NCBI GenBank assembly: GCA_964016885.1
Contig: CAXHJY010000133.1
Span: 124,001-188,000 of the forward strand
DNA length: 64,000 nt
Direction: 5' to 3'
Source: Eledone cirrhosa
Lineage: Eukaryota
Shown here: positions 26,625 through 45,209 of the stretch, one piece after another
Layout: each line of letters starts with the position of its first letter
How positions within the stretch are numbered: the stretch's first letter is position 1
Made by a program: the position numbers and the translations under genes
The notes under the pieces: generated by a model
The model's database searches: none
What the model saw: the letters and a program-made list of their open reading frames with translations, nothing else
What the model was told of the DNA's origin: nothing

Positions 26625-29600
26625 CGGCGGATAGTGCGCTCTGCGAAACAACATCTAACCGCCACTTTTTCATTGAGGACCTGCTGTCAGGTAGAGCTTT
26701 TCTGGTTGACACAGGTGCAGCTTGTTCCGTATGGCCTGTGTGTTGTATGAAGGAGACTCCCCCTGAGACGCCTATTGAGTTGCAGGCAGTAAATTGTTCG
26801 CCGATTCGAACTTTCGGACAAATCTCGTTACCTTTGCAGTTTCGTAATCTGCGGCGCGAGTTTAAATGGATATTTACTGTCGCTGCCTTGCTGTATCCGA
26901 TTCTAGGCGCGGATTTTCTCCACCATTTTTCATTGACGGTGGACCTTTGTGGTAAACGCCTAATTGATGGCATCACGGGATTAACTGTTGTTGGCAAGGC
27001 AGCAGGAGTTCCAACGGTTAGCCCGACATTTTTTCTTGCTAACACCGGTGATCCTTTCCATGTGTTGTTGAACTCGTTCCCGCAACTGACTCGGGGAAAT
27101 TTTCGATTTGATGAACCAACTCATACCACGGAGCACTTCATATCTACAACTGGTGCTCCCGTTTTCTCTCGTCCTCGTCACTTGCCTCCGGACAAACTCA
27201 AAGCAGCACGATCAGAATTTGATCATATGCTACAAATGGGGATTATTCGTCTGTCCACGAGCCCGTGGGCGTCCCCATTACACATGGTACTGAAAGCGAA
27301 TGGCGATTGGAGACTTACTGGAGATTATCGACGCCTGAATTCGATAACGGTCCCGGACCGTTATCCTATCCCTCATCTGCAAGACTTTGCGTCTTCGTTG
27401 CAGGGATGCAAGATATTCTCCAAACTGGATTTAATTTGTGCGTACCATCAAATTCCTGTCCATAAAAATGACATTCCAAAAACGGCTATAGTTACGCCAT
27501 TTGGGTCTTTCGAGTTTTTGACTATGCCGTTCGGATTAAGGAATGCCGCTAGTACTTTTCAGCGGTTTATGGATGAGGTTACTCGCGGCCTCGATTTCGT
27601 CTATACCTATATTGACGATCTGCTCATTGCTAGTTCTTCTCCAGAGCAGCATACGCACCATTTGAATCTTATTTTCCGCCGATTGAAGGCGTATAACGTG
27701 CAGCTTAATGCACCCAAATGTGTTTTTGGCGCTGAGTCACTGACTTTCTTGGGTCACGTCATCGATGCTGACGGAATTCGACCCCGGCCTGAGCGAGTTA
27801 AGGTCATAGAGGATTTGCCTCCACCGACCTCACTACGTCAGTTACGCCAGTTCTTAGGTCTGGTTAACTTTTATAGGCGTTTCGTGCCAAATTGTGCAAA
27901 ATTGCTTTTCTCCCTGACAGAAATTTTGAAAAATTGTCGGAGGAAGAACAAAGATATTTCTTTGACAGACACTCAACTTGCTGATTTTCAGCACGCCAAA
28001 ACTGTTTTGGCTAATGCTTCGTTACTGACTCACCCGGTACCCGGTGCAAAGCTAACGCTTTGTGTTGATGCATCGGATATCGCTGTGGGCGCAGTACTAC
28101 AGCAAAACATCAATGGTTACCAGCAACCGCTGGAGTTTTTTTCCAAAAAGCTAAATCCTGCTGAGACGCGCTACAGCACCTTTGGAAGAGAGCTTTTAGC
28201 CATCTATTTGGCCGTGAAACATTTTTCACATGTGTTAGAGGGTAGACAATTTACTATCCTCACTGACCATAAACCATTGACTTTTGCTTTGAGAGCGAAG
28301 GCTGATAAATACTCGCCCAGAGAGACGAGACACCTTGATTTCATCTCGCAATATACGAGTGATATCCAGCACATTCCGGGTTCACTAAATACAGCGGCCG
28401 ATGCTTTGTCCCGCTTACCCGTGACAGCAATCTCGTCACCCTCTGACATAGATCTGACTTGTTTGGCTGCGGATCAGCCTCCCCTTGAGTCACTGGATGT
28501 CACATCGCCCGAGTTTGTGAATTGCGAGATGAAATACTTGCCTCTGTCGACTGCAGTTGGCCAAATTCTCTGCGACGTCTCTTTGGACGTGCCTAGGCCC
28601 TTCGTTCCAGAGAATCATCGTCGGACCGTGTTTCTGGGATTACATTGTATCTCGCATCCAGGATCTTCTGCCACAGCAAAGCTCATATCAGCTAGATTTT
28701 TCTGGCCAAATATGAGGCGTGAAATTGCTGCTTGGTGCCATTCCTGCGTCGCTTGCCAGAGATCAAAGGTCCATCGACACGTTAAGGCTCCCCTGGGTAC
28801 CTTTGCTAACCCAGATGCGCGTTTTTCACATATTCATATTGACATAGTGGGACCTTGGCCTGTCAGCGATGGTTTTTCTTATCTACTTACCGTCATTGAG
28901 ATGGCCTGAGGCCATCCCCTTGAAAAACATCACCGCGGAGACAACAGCACGTGCTCTTGTGTCTGGATGGATCTCTCGTTATGGAGTTCCATCCACAGTA
29001 ACTACCGACCGTGGACGAGAGTTCGAGTCGAGCCTTTTCCTCGAGCTGTCAAAATTAATTGGTGTTAAACGCATTAGAACTACGGCCTACCATCCCGCTT
29101 CGAATCGTATGGTGGAGCCAACTGAAGGCCTCCTTAATGGCCTCAATGGACTCGGCGCATTGGAGCGAGTACCTCCCTATTGTGCTACTAGGGATTCGGT
29201 CAACGGTGAAGGTCGACTTTGGATTTTCACCGGCCGAAGTACTGTACGGTGCCCCTCTGACGTTGCCCGGGCAAATGCTTGCCCCTATCGATCTTGATGC
29301 CCAAGATCACGCTTCCTACGTGTCCCGTTTGTGCTCCTATTTCCAGGATTTGCCGCCAATGGACACTAGGAAACAAACTGTCAAGACTGCTGTCCCGAGG
29401 GATATTGCCTCATGGACGCATGTCTTTGTAAGGAATGATACGGTGAAGCCCCCGCTCACACAGCCTTAAACTGGACCTTACCGTGTCTTAGCGCGCTCGG
29501 CTAAGCATTTCACGTTAGATATTAAGGGGTCCAGGGAGACAGTTACATTAGACAGGCTTAAGCAGGCGCACCTTGACGCGGACGCTGTGGTTCCTGATCC

Positions 29601-29750
29601 ACGAACTCCTTCGTATTTGCCTGTTGAGCGAACGACTGTTCCTGAACCACCATCATCGCCTGTCCCTACACCACCACCATCGCCACGTTACAAGACCACG
29701 ACCCGTTCAGGTCGTAGGGTCCACTGGCCCAAAAAATTTTGCAGCACCGT
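26600..29750 (+). pseudogene. Gypsy pol: protease, RT and RNase H open; integrase frameshifted
   Basis: [28 protein letters not shown] integrase zinc motif, [15 protein letters not shown]. Frameshifts near 28900 and 29115; stop at 29467 before the GPY module. Confidence 0.92.
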
Positions 29751-30534
29751 CTATATTTAGCTTTTTTTTGCCTCTGTGTTTCTGCTTTTTCTTTGCCTTG
29801 TTTTTTTTATGCATGCATGTCGTTTTTTTTGTTTTAACATTTTTCAAATCCTTATTCTGGATTCAATTTTTGCTAGAGCGGATAGCTCCCCTTGTTGCAT
29901 TGTTCGCCATCTTACTCCACATGTGAGTAATAACATCGATTTTCGATAATTTGAAAATCTGGCTCGAGGTACTGTAATCCAACGAGGATACTATCACTTA
30001 CCACACTGGCAACTAACGACCACTGATTCTACCACCCTGCTAAATGTTTATATGCACAGCCACTTACAATCAAATACAAGAAATATAAGACTTGAATGAT
30101 AAAAAAAAAATATTAATTCATTCAAAGGGAAGTAAATCATGAAACAAAGAAAGCGCACACCAGTTATTTCCCTTTCTTATTTCGTTGTATCAGGTTTAAA
30201 AATTGAGATTCAACGACACCGAGTAACCACTTAGTTGCTCTACCAGCTAAAAATATTTTGAAAAATAAATAAATAAATATATGAAAGTAGACTTTATATA
30301 TTCTTTATCTAAATGTTATTCAAATTTATTCAAATGTATTCAAATTTATTTAGAACTAAATGCAATAATTCCTCGTTGAAATATTAGCAGACGATAGTTA
30401 CTTGTGTCTGTGTTTGCATGTCTCTGTTTGTATATGTATGTGTATATATATATATATGTGTTTGTATACTGGTGTGTGAGTGTATGTATGTGTTTGTATA
30501 CTTGTGAGTGTGTACTTTTTTCCTTCACTCCTCT

Positions 30535-30960
30535 ATATATAATCTCTTCTCTCTCCCCCTCTCTATACATAATCCTTTCTCTCTCCCCCTCTTTATATAT
30601 AATCCTTTCTCTCTCCCCCTCTCTCTATATAATTCCTTCTTTCTTACTGTCTCTCCCGCTCGCTATAAAACCCTTCCCCCCTCCTCTCTCTCTATGTAAT
30701 TCCTTCTTTCTTACTGTCTCTCCCGCTCGCTATAAAACCTTTCCCCCTCCTCTCTCTCTATATAATTCCTTCTTTCTTACTGTCTCTCCCTCTCGCTATA
30801 AAACCTTTCCCCCTCCTCTCTCTCTATATAATTCCTTCTTTCTTACTGTCTCTCCCTCTCGCTATAAAACCCTTCCCCCTCCTCTCTCTCTATATAATTC
30901 CTTCTTTCTTACTGTCTCTCCCTTTCGCTATAAAACCCTTCCCCCCTCCTCTCTCTACAT
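30535..30960. repeat. CT-rich tandem repeats (30-bp then 66-bp units)
   Basis: Repeated aattccttctttcttactgtctctccc.ctcgctataaaacc. Confidence 0.85.
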
Positions 30961-32177
30961 TATACTAGAAAAGAAATATTTCAGCAGACGACAATTACTT
31001 GTGTGTGTATGTTCTTGTGCCTGTGTGCGTGTGTGTATGTGTGTAATAAGTACTTTTTGTACATATAACTTGACTAAATCTATTTAAAACGTTGCCCCAG
31101 CTTGGCCATAGTTTAACGATAGAACCCAGTAAAACAATACAATTATATATACACATATACAACATATAACAGTGTATATTTATATATACATATAGTTATA
31201 TATTCCTAGTTTAGTCTCCAGTGGTAAAAATATGGTTCACCTTTCTAGGTCAGTTACCATAGCAACAACTCTGGGTCTTGGCTTTAATGTACGATATATC
31301 CTAGGTATGTGTTGGGCTGGCCATAGATAGAGGGAGGGGGTCAGAGAGAGAGAGAGAGAGTGGCGGTGCAGAGAGGGAGAACGAAACAGAGAGAGGGGGA
31401 GAAAGAGCAATAATGAGAGAGGGGGATAGAGTAAGACGGTGACAGGGAGAGTGTAAGAAAGAGAGAGATAGGGAACAAAAAGTAAGAGTGAGGGAGTAGA
31501 GAGAGAGGGGAGAAAGTGTAAGAGAGAGAATGAGATAGAGATAGAAGGGAATATATAAAAGTATGTACAAGAGACAGAGGGGGTGGAGAATTAAGTAATT
31601 GTCGTCTGCTAAAATATATTTTTTTTCTAATATAAACTTAATTGTTTCTACTTTAGGCACAAGGCCAACAATTAACCAGTGCATTACTGGTACTTTATTT
31701 CATCGACCCTGTAAGGATGAAAGGCAAAGTTAACCTCGGCGGGATTTGAACTCAGAACGTAAAGGGACATAACTCTATGCTGCAAAGCATGGCGTTCGAG
31801 CTTCTGATATAATTGTTTCTATTTTTGACACAAGGCCAACAAATATCTCAGTACATTACTGGTACTTTATTTTATCGACCCCGTAAGGATGAAAGGCAAA
31901 GTTAACTTAGGCGGGATTTGAACTCAGACTGTAAAGGGACATGACACTGTGCTGGAAAGCATGGCGTCCGACCCTCCACCGATACTGCCAATCCACCGCC
32001 CTTCTGATATAATATAATGTAGAAAGAGTGGGAGAGAAAAGGGATTATATACATATATATATATATATATAAATCAAAATGGCGAGCTGTGTTGTCGCAT
32101 TTAAAAGTATAATAAAATAAAATATAATAAAAAGAGAGAAAGAGGGGGGATAAAGAGAGAATGAATAATAAAGAGAG

Positions 32178-32252
<75 letters not shown>

Positions 32253-33627
32253 AGAGAGGGAGAGGTAGAGGGAAAGAGAGAGCGACAGAGAGAGACAAAT
32301 ATATTAAAGACTGTTTCCATAGTAACAAGCGGAACACGAGACCTTTTATTGCCTGCGAGAAAGCCACGCACAAAATGACAGTTTCCAAATCCTGTTTCCT
32401 GACTGGGTGAAAATAATCAAACTTTAAACCTCTGTAACTTTTTTAAAACATTTTTCTTGGAAAAAATGAAATAAACTCCAGCAATTCAGCTTGGAAAACT
32501 ACGTTAAATTTTCGATAAACTTTAATGATGGCAGCCAAACCGAAAAGGTCCGAGGCTGTTAGTTGCCTGTAGTAAAAATATGGTTCACCTCTCTTGGTAA
32601 CAACTGAGAGTCTTGACTCTAATATATGACATACCGAGGTGTGTGTTGGTTTGAACATAGATAGATAGAGGGAGGGAGAGTGAGAGGAGTAGAGAGAGAC
32701 AGACGATAGATAGATTGATTGATATATAGTGAGAGCGGAGGAGTAAAGGGAGTGAGAGACGGGAGATAGATTGATTGATATATAGAGAAGGGAGGAGTAA
32801 AGGGGGTGAGAGAGGGGAGATAGATTCATATATATATATAGAGAGAATAAGAAACAGGCAGGGACGAGAGTAAGAGAAGGGGGGAGGAGAAGGGAGATAG
32901 ATAGAGATAGAGAGAGAGAGCGCGAGAGCAGGATAAAGACACCGAGAGTGTGTAAGAGCGAGACAGGGATAGAGATAGAAATGTAGAGAGAGGCGGGAGT
33001 AGTACATATGGTCAACCGAGTAGCGAAAGGTTAAAAGAGGGAAGGAGATAGAGAGAAAGACAGAGTAACGAGGTGGACGAATTCGCACGTGCAAACACGA
33101 AGACAGACACACAAGTAATTGTCGTCCGCTGAAATATTTGTTTTCTGATATAATATAGAGAGGGGAGAAAGTACGTATATATATGTATATATATATGTAT
33201 ATATATATATATATATATATGGAAAGTTATATTTAAATTGTTGGGTTAACAACGAGTAAATATTTATAACTGATATAAAAGCACTCAACAAGTATTTGGA
33301 GTATATTTATGATATTAAATAAATGGAAACTATATTTATAAAACCATATTTATTTCGTTATATATATTTCAGGGATATCATATTAACAATATGTTATGCC
33401 ATCTTCAGACAAAATACAATATAAACAGTCTTATAAATAAATAGATACGACATACCTTTCAATCACTATGCATTTGGGAGGTTGATTTGGTAGTAAAAAT
33501 TTATTTATAAGACTGTTTATATTGTATTTTGTCTGAAGATGGCATAACATATTGTTAATATGATATCCCTGAAATATATATAACGAAATAAATATGGTTT
33601 TATAAATATAGTTTCCATTTATTTAAT

Positions 33628-39199
<5,572 letters not shown>

Positions 39200-39200
<1 letters not shown>

Positions 39201-39536
39201 CATTTCATTTCATTTTACATCCGCTTTTCCCTGCTTGCAAGGGTGGGACGGGAACCGATTCTGGCTTGATTTCTACAGCTGGATGCCCTTCCTAACACCA
39301 ACCTCATTTACAGTGAGTGCTGGGTGCTTTTTTTGCCGTGGCACCTCCACGACCACTTTACAGTGGAATGATATGGACCCCAGTCCCTATCATCTCATTT
39401 CTACAGCTGAGTAAACTGGAGCAATGTGAAATAAAGTGTCTTGCTCAAGGAAACAACACATCACCCAGTCTGAGAATTGAACTCACAACCTTTCGATTGC
39501 AAGGCCAATGTTCTAACCACTAAGCCATGTGCCTCC
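39200..39536 (-). mobile_element. Near-identical copy of the SINE at 3316-3652
   Basis: Same head, body and RTE-type tail, with few substitutions. Confidence 0.87.
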
Positions 39537-39623
39537 ATACATATATATATATAATATATATATATGTATATATATATATAATATATATATATGTATATAT
39601 ATATATAATATATATATATGTAT

Positions 39624-39674
<51 letters not shown>

Positions 39675-40212
39675 CAGCAGCAACACCAACAACAACAACA
39701 ACAGCAACAACACCATCGTCTGTGTTGAATGTGTGTGTATGTATTTGTATATATGCGACAGCAATAACAGCATCAACACCATTGTCTGCAGCAACAGCAG
39801 CAGTGAAATGAAGGACAACAACAACAGTAACAACTACAGCACCAACAACTGTCACCACCATCACTGACCATCCACCACCACCACGCTGATACCATCCACC
39901 ACCACCACACTGACACCATCCACCACCGCCATTACCAGCGTAAACAAACAATTATTATTGTTATTGTTATTATATACAAGCCGAACTGGACTGGGAAAGG
40001 TCAACAGTTGACATGATAGTGATTTTGACGATTTTGACTTTGATTTTGATTCTGTATCAGTACTGTCGGTAATATATGTATATATATATATGTGAGTTGT
40101 GTGTGTGATTGTATGCATGAATGAGTGTTGGTATGTGTGGTTGTGGTTTGTATGCATGAGTATTAGTGTGTGAGTCGTGTCAATAAGTTTTTTTTTTTTT
40201 TTTTTTTTTTTT

Positions 40213-43200
40213 AAATGACCATGCTGTAAAATGGAGGGGTAGAGAGGGCCCTTGAGTCTAGTAAGACATCCTCTCTAGTGCTGGTGGCACAAATAAAAGC
40301 ACCCAGTCCATGCTGTAAAATGGCGCTGGTGTTAGGAAGGGCATCCAACCAGTGTATCAACGCCAAAAAGCTTATCAGCACAGCAACAAAACAGCATAGA
40401 AAAAAATATGAAGACGTCGCATCTCAGAGTTGCAACACTTAATGTTGGCACTCTCAGAGGTAGATCTGCTGAAATAGCGGAGATGCTGGAGAGAAGGCAG
40501 GTGGATGTGTGCTGCGTGCAAGAGGTGAGATGGAGAGGTGCCTCTGCGAGACTAGTCGTAGGCAAGCGTCTTAGCTATAAGCTATTCTGGGTAGGTAAGG
40601 ATGATGGGTTAGGGGGAGTAGGCATTTTCCTGGCTGAGAAATGGATCAATAAGACAATAGAGGTAGTTCGAGTTAGTAATCGAATAATTAAGCTTAGATT
40701 AGTTGTAGGTAGGAGACTACTGACAATCATCTCGGTCTATGCTCCCCAAGCAGGCCTAGGCAAAGATGAGAAAGACTGCTTTTATGAGCAACTTTTGCAA
40801 ACAACCACAATGACAGAGGACGGAGACATCGTTATGCTAGCAGGAGACTTCAATGGTCATGTTGGACAGCTCCAGGATGGTTACACTGGGGTACATGGTG
40901 GGCATGGTTACGGTTCAAGAAATGAAGAAGGAGTGAGACTTCTTGAATTTTGTGATGCAAGTACATTGACTATTTGCAACACAAACTTCCAGAAACCTGC
41001 CAATCACCTAATAACCTACAAATCTGGTGAGCACATAAGCCAGATTGACTTCCTGCTAGTTAGGCAGCGGGACAGGCAGATAGTGTCTAATACCAAGGCA
41101 TACCCTGGGGAAGAATGTACCCCACAGCATAGGTTAGTTGTTAGTGATATCTCAGTAAGCAAGAGATGGAATGAGCCATATAGGAAGGTGTGGAGAAGAA
41201 AGGTCTGGAAGCTAAAAGACCTTTCACTAAAATTCAAATTTAGGAAAGCCCTTCAAGATGTATATGACGAAAAAGAAGACGATTTAGAGACGTATGACAT
41301 AGATAATAACTGGAAGTTCTTACGTGACAACTTGCTGAAGGCTACTGATGAAACTTGTGGCTGGAGCAGAGCCCCAACCAGACAGAGAGTGACCTGGTGG
41401 TGGAACAGCAGTGTAGATAAGGCTATTAGAGACAAAAGACTAGCATGGAAGGCTTGGAATAAGGGTGGGAGTAGGGAAGAATATACAGCCACTAAGAGAG
41501 AAGCTAGACGTCAGGTGTACTTAGCACGCAGGGAGGCAGAGAGTAGGAGGTTTGCCAATGTTCTGCGACGGGAAGATCAGAGGCGTGCGGTGTTCCACAT
41601 TGCAAGGCAGTGTGTCAATGCAAATCAGGATGTTGTTGGTGATAAATGTGTCCGGGATGATGCCGGTGTACTTAGTGTCACGAATGACCAGAAAAAGGAG
41701 GCCTGGAAATGCCATTATGAGAGACTGATGAATGTGGAGAACGAATGGGAGAGAGAGAAATTACCCTTGGTAGATCCGACAGAGGGACCAGCTATTGAGA
41801 TTGACGAATATAGGGTCCAAGAGGCGATTAGGGAAATGAAAAATGGTAAGGCGGCCGGACCATCGGGAATAGTTGCTGAGATGCTGAAGGCATCAGGGGA
41901 CGTAGGCACTAAACTGGTTGCACGCATAATCAATCAGGCTATATATGGTGGTGTCATACCCAAAGACTGGTGCAGCAGTATTCTCATAAATTGCTACAAA
42001 GGTAAAGGGGATGCTTTGGAGAGGAGCAATTATAGGGGTATAAAACTGATAGATCAGGTTATGAAAGTGGCAGAAAGGATTTTAGCACAACTAATTAGAG
42101 AAAGGGTCAAACTAGATGAGATGCAGTTTGGTTTTGTGCCTGGGAAGAGTACAACAGATGCCCTCTTCTTGGTGAGACAAATGCAAGAGAGGTTCTTAGA
42201 GAAGAATAAGCCACTATACTTGGCCTTTGTTGACCTAGAGAAGGCCTTTGATAGGGTACCCCGATCTGTCATCTGGTGGTCCCTAAGGAAGCTGGGTGTT
42301 GAGGAATGGCTTGTAAGGACAGTGCAAACTTTGTACAGAGGTACTCTCAGTAAAGTCAGGGTAGGAATGGAGTTTAGTGAGGAATTCCAGATACAAGTAG
42401 GAGTACATCAGGGTTCGGTCCTCAGCCCGCTCTTGTTCATTATAGTCCTCCAAGCCATAACAGAGGAGTTTAAGACTGGCTGTCCATGGGAACTTCTCTA
42501 TGCTGACGATCTGGCTCTTATGGCAGAATCAGTAGAGGAGCTAGAGAATAAATTCCGGCTATGGAAACAGCAGTTGGAAGCAAGAGGACTGAGAGTAAAT
42601 CTAGCTAAGACAAAAGTGTTGATGAGTAGAAAAGAGGACAAAACCCTGATTCCGTCAGGGAAATGGCCATGTTCGATATGCAGAAAAGGAACTGGCATAA
42701 ATTCTATAAAATGCACACAATGTAGGTCCTGGGTACACAAGAGATGTAGCGGGATAGCAGGCAAACTAACAGGTAGGGAGAAATATGTATGCAGTAGATG
42801 TACAGGGAAATTAGACAGTAGAAGTCGCACTGATAGACACATTTTTCAAATGCGAGAGGGCGCTATAGAAGTGGTGGATAGCTTCCGGTACCTAGGAGAT
42901 CAGATTAGCATGGGAGGAGGGTGTTCCGAGGCCATAGTATCTAGAATAAGGACGGGTTGGAAGAAGTTTAGGGAGCTGCTTCCTCTGTTGACGAAGAAGG
43001 GTTTCTCCCTGCGTACGAAAGGCCGGTTGTATGATGCCTGTGTGAGGAGCGCGATGCTGCATGGTAGTGAGACATGGGCAGCTACCGTAGAAGATATGCG
43101 ACGGCTGGAGAGAAATGAGGCAAGCATGCTCCGTTGGATGTGCAGTGTAAATGTGCGTGAACGACCCAGCATAAATGTGTTGAGAGAGAAACTGTGTCTG

Positions 43201-43500
43201 AGAGGGATAGAATGTAGTGTACGGGAGAGGAGACTGAGGTGGTATGGACATGTGATGCGCATGGAGGATGACCGATGGGTGAAGAAGTGCCAGGAAATGC
43301 CAGTTGAAGGAAGACGTAGTAGAGGTAGACCACGAAAAACATGGGCGGAGGTGGTGAGAACAGACCTCAGATCATTGAAGCTCACGGTGGAGATGACGAG
43401 GGACCGTGACGAGTGGAGAGATGCTGTGCTGAATAAGACCCGTCCCACCCTTGCAAGCAGGGAAAAGCGGACGTAAAATGATGATGATGATGATGATGAT
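40213..43500 (+). mobile_element. Full-length RTE-clade LINE
   Basis: ~195 bp 5'UTR, one long ORF, and a very short 3'UTR ending in (ATG)n followed by (AT)n. Confidence 0.93.
40408..43476 (+). CDS. LINE ORF: AP endonuclease + reverse transcriptase + PHD-like finger, 1022 aa, uninterrupted
   Basis: APE motifs [36 protein letters not shown] motifs [33 protein letters not shown]-type C-terminus [13 protein letters not shown]. Confidence 0.96.
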   Translation: MKTSHLRVATLNVGTLRGRSAEIAEMLERRQVDVCCVQEVRWRGASARLVVGKRLSYKLFWVGKDDGLGGVGIFLAEKWINKTIEVVRVSNRIIKLRLVVGRRLLTIISVYAPQAGLGKDEKDCFYEQLLQTTTMTEDGDIVMLAGDFNGHVGQLQDGYTGVHGGHGYGSRNEEGVRLLEFCDASTLTICNTNFQKPANHLITYKSGEHISQIDFLLVRQRDRQIVSNTKAYPGEECTPQHRLVVSDISVSKRWNEPYRKVWRRKVWKLKDLSLKFKFRKALQDVYDEKEDDLETYDIDNNWKFLRDNLLKATDETCGWSRAPTRQRVTWWWNSSVDKAIRDKRLAWKAWNKGGSREEYTATKREARRQVYLARREAESRRFANVLRREDQRRAVFHIARQCVNANQDVVGDKCVRDDAGVLSVTNDQKKEAWKCHYERLMNVENEWEREKLPLVDPTEGPAIEIDEYRVQEAIREMKNGKAAGPSGIVAEMLKASGDVGTKLVARIINQAIYGGVIPKDWCSSILINCYKGKGDALERSNYRGIKLIDQVMKVAERILAQLIRERVKLDEMQFGFVPGKSTTDALFLVRQMQERFLEKNKPLYLAFVDLEKAFDRVPRSVIWWSLRKLGVEEWLVRTVQTLYRGTLSKVRVGMEFSEEFQIQVGVHQGSVLSPLLFIIVLQAITEEFKTGCPWELLYADDLALMAESVEELENKFRLWKQQLEARGLRVNLAKTKVLMSRKEDKTLIPSGKWPCSICRKGTGINSIKCTQCRSWVHKRCSGIAGKLTGREKYVCSRCTGKLDSRSRTDRHIFQMREGAIEVVDSFRYLGDQISMGGGCSEAIVSRIRTGWKKFRELLPLLTKKGFSLRTKGRLYDACVRSAMLHGSETWAATVEDMRRLERNEASMLRWMCSVNVRERPSINVLREKLCLRGIECSVRERRLRWYGHVMRMEDDRWVKKCQEMPVEGRRSRGRPRKTWAEVVRTDLRSLKLTVEMTRDRDEWRDAVLNKTRPTLASREKRT

Positions 43501-43528
43501 ATATATATATATATATATATAATATATA

Positions 43529-43583
<55 letters not shown>

Positions 43584-43598
43584 ATATATATATATAAT

Positions 43599-43630
<32 letters not shown>

Positions 43631-43639
43631 ATATATAAT

Positions 43640-43684
<45 letters not shown>

Positions 43685-43685
43685 T

Positions 43686-43734
<49 letters not shown>

Positions 43735-43735
43735 T

Positions 43736-43778
<43 letters not shown>

Positions 43779-43779
43779 T

Positions 43780-43822
<43 letters not shown>

Positions 43823-43823
43823 T

Positions 43824-43855
<32 letters not shown>

Positions 43856-43861
43856 ATATAT

Positions 43862-43987
<126 letters not shown>

Positions 43988-43988
43988 G

Positions 43989-44019
<31 letters not shown>

Positions 44020-44046
44020 GTATATATATATATAATATATATGTAT

Positions 44047-44102
<56 letters not shown>

Positions 44103-44257
44103 AAAATATATGTATACTCTTTTATTTGTTCCAGCCGTCCGGCTGAGGCCATGCTGGGGCATATATATATATATAAAGAGAGAGAGAGAGACATGGAATT
44201 ATATAGAGAGAGGGGGATAGCGATAGAGAGAGAATGACAAAGAATTATATAGATATA

Positions 44258-45209
44258 CTAGCAGTAAAGCCCGGCGTTGCTCGAGGTCGCTCAGTAGCTG
44301 TGTTAAAGTTACAATGTTAAGTTTCTTTCTTGGCTTAAAAACTGTAGTGTCTACTGTGCAGACTTGCATGTGGTGTTTTTGATTAATATTCCCTCAACCA
44401 ACAATATGCCTTATGAAGTTAAGAAAACATAACGATAACCCGAATGTTATAACAAAAGAGGATGCTGGGGATAGAAACTGCACTGGTTATTTATTAACAA
44501 AGATCGAAAATGTAAACACTGCAACACAGAGAAAAACATTAGCGTAACCAAATTATCAGTTATGTCTGTCTGCACGCCTATATCACCTCTCTGCACGACT
44601 GTCTGTCTGCACGACTGTCTGTCTGCACGCCTATATCACCTCTCTGCACGACTATCTGTCTGCACGCCTATATCACCTCTCTGCACGACTATCTGTCTGC
44701 ACGCGTATATCACCTCTCTGCACGACTGTCTGTCTGCACGACTGTCTGTCTGCACGCCTAACGACGAAATATTTGCTTGTTTTACGTAGTCTTTAAATAG
44801 ACTTGTTTTCAAGTAAAAATATTGTTTTAAAATGTTTTTAAATGGAAATGAAGCAAAACAGAAGCTTAGTGTTCGAACTGATGAATTTTGCAGGTCAATA
44901 TTTTGCTGGCTCGACAACTGTTAATGTCATTTTAAACGCTGAGAAAGCCAGCGTAATTTTTTACGTAAGACGCTCAACGTAAACAGAACAAAGGGAAATA
45001 ACTGATAACTTACGCTCAAAAATCGATACATTATATTCGATTTCGTCACATAGGGTGGGTCAATTTGAAATTTTTTTTTTTCCGATGTCTTCGCTAGGGC
45101 TCAATGTACAAGTATATCAATTTCGGTGCAATTCCGTGAGAGATTCTAAGAGGAGATGTGTGCCAAAAATCGATAGACAGACAGACAACCACAGTTTTAT
45201 ATATATAGA
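44258..45209 (-). mobile_element. Non-autonomous Helitron with internal CTGCACG minisatellite
   Basis: 5'-TCTATATA...CTCGAGCAACGCCGGG(hairpin)..CTAG-3', inserted at A|T; repeat block 44563-44760. Confidence 0.78.

Larger units (their letters stand above)
24617..30044 (+). mobile_element. Ty3/Gypsy LTR retrotransposon, defective
   Basis: 5'LTR 24617-24949, PBS-like TGGTGACC at 24951, gag, pol (PR-RT-RNH-IN), short 3'LTR 29973-30044; TSD TGTT at 24613-24616 and 30045-30048. Confidence 0.92.
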
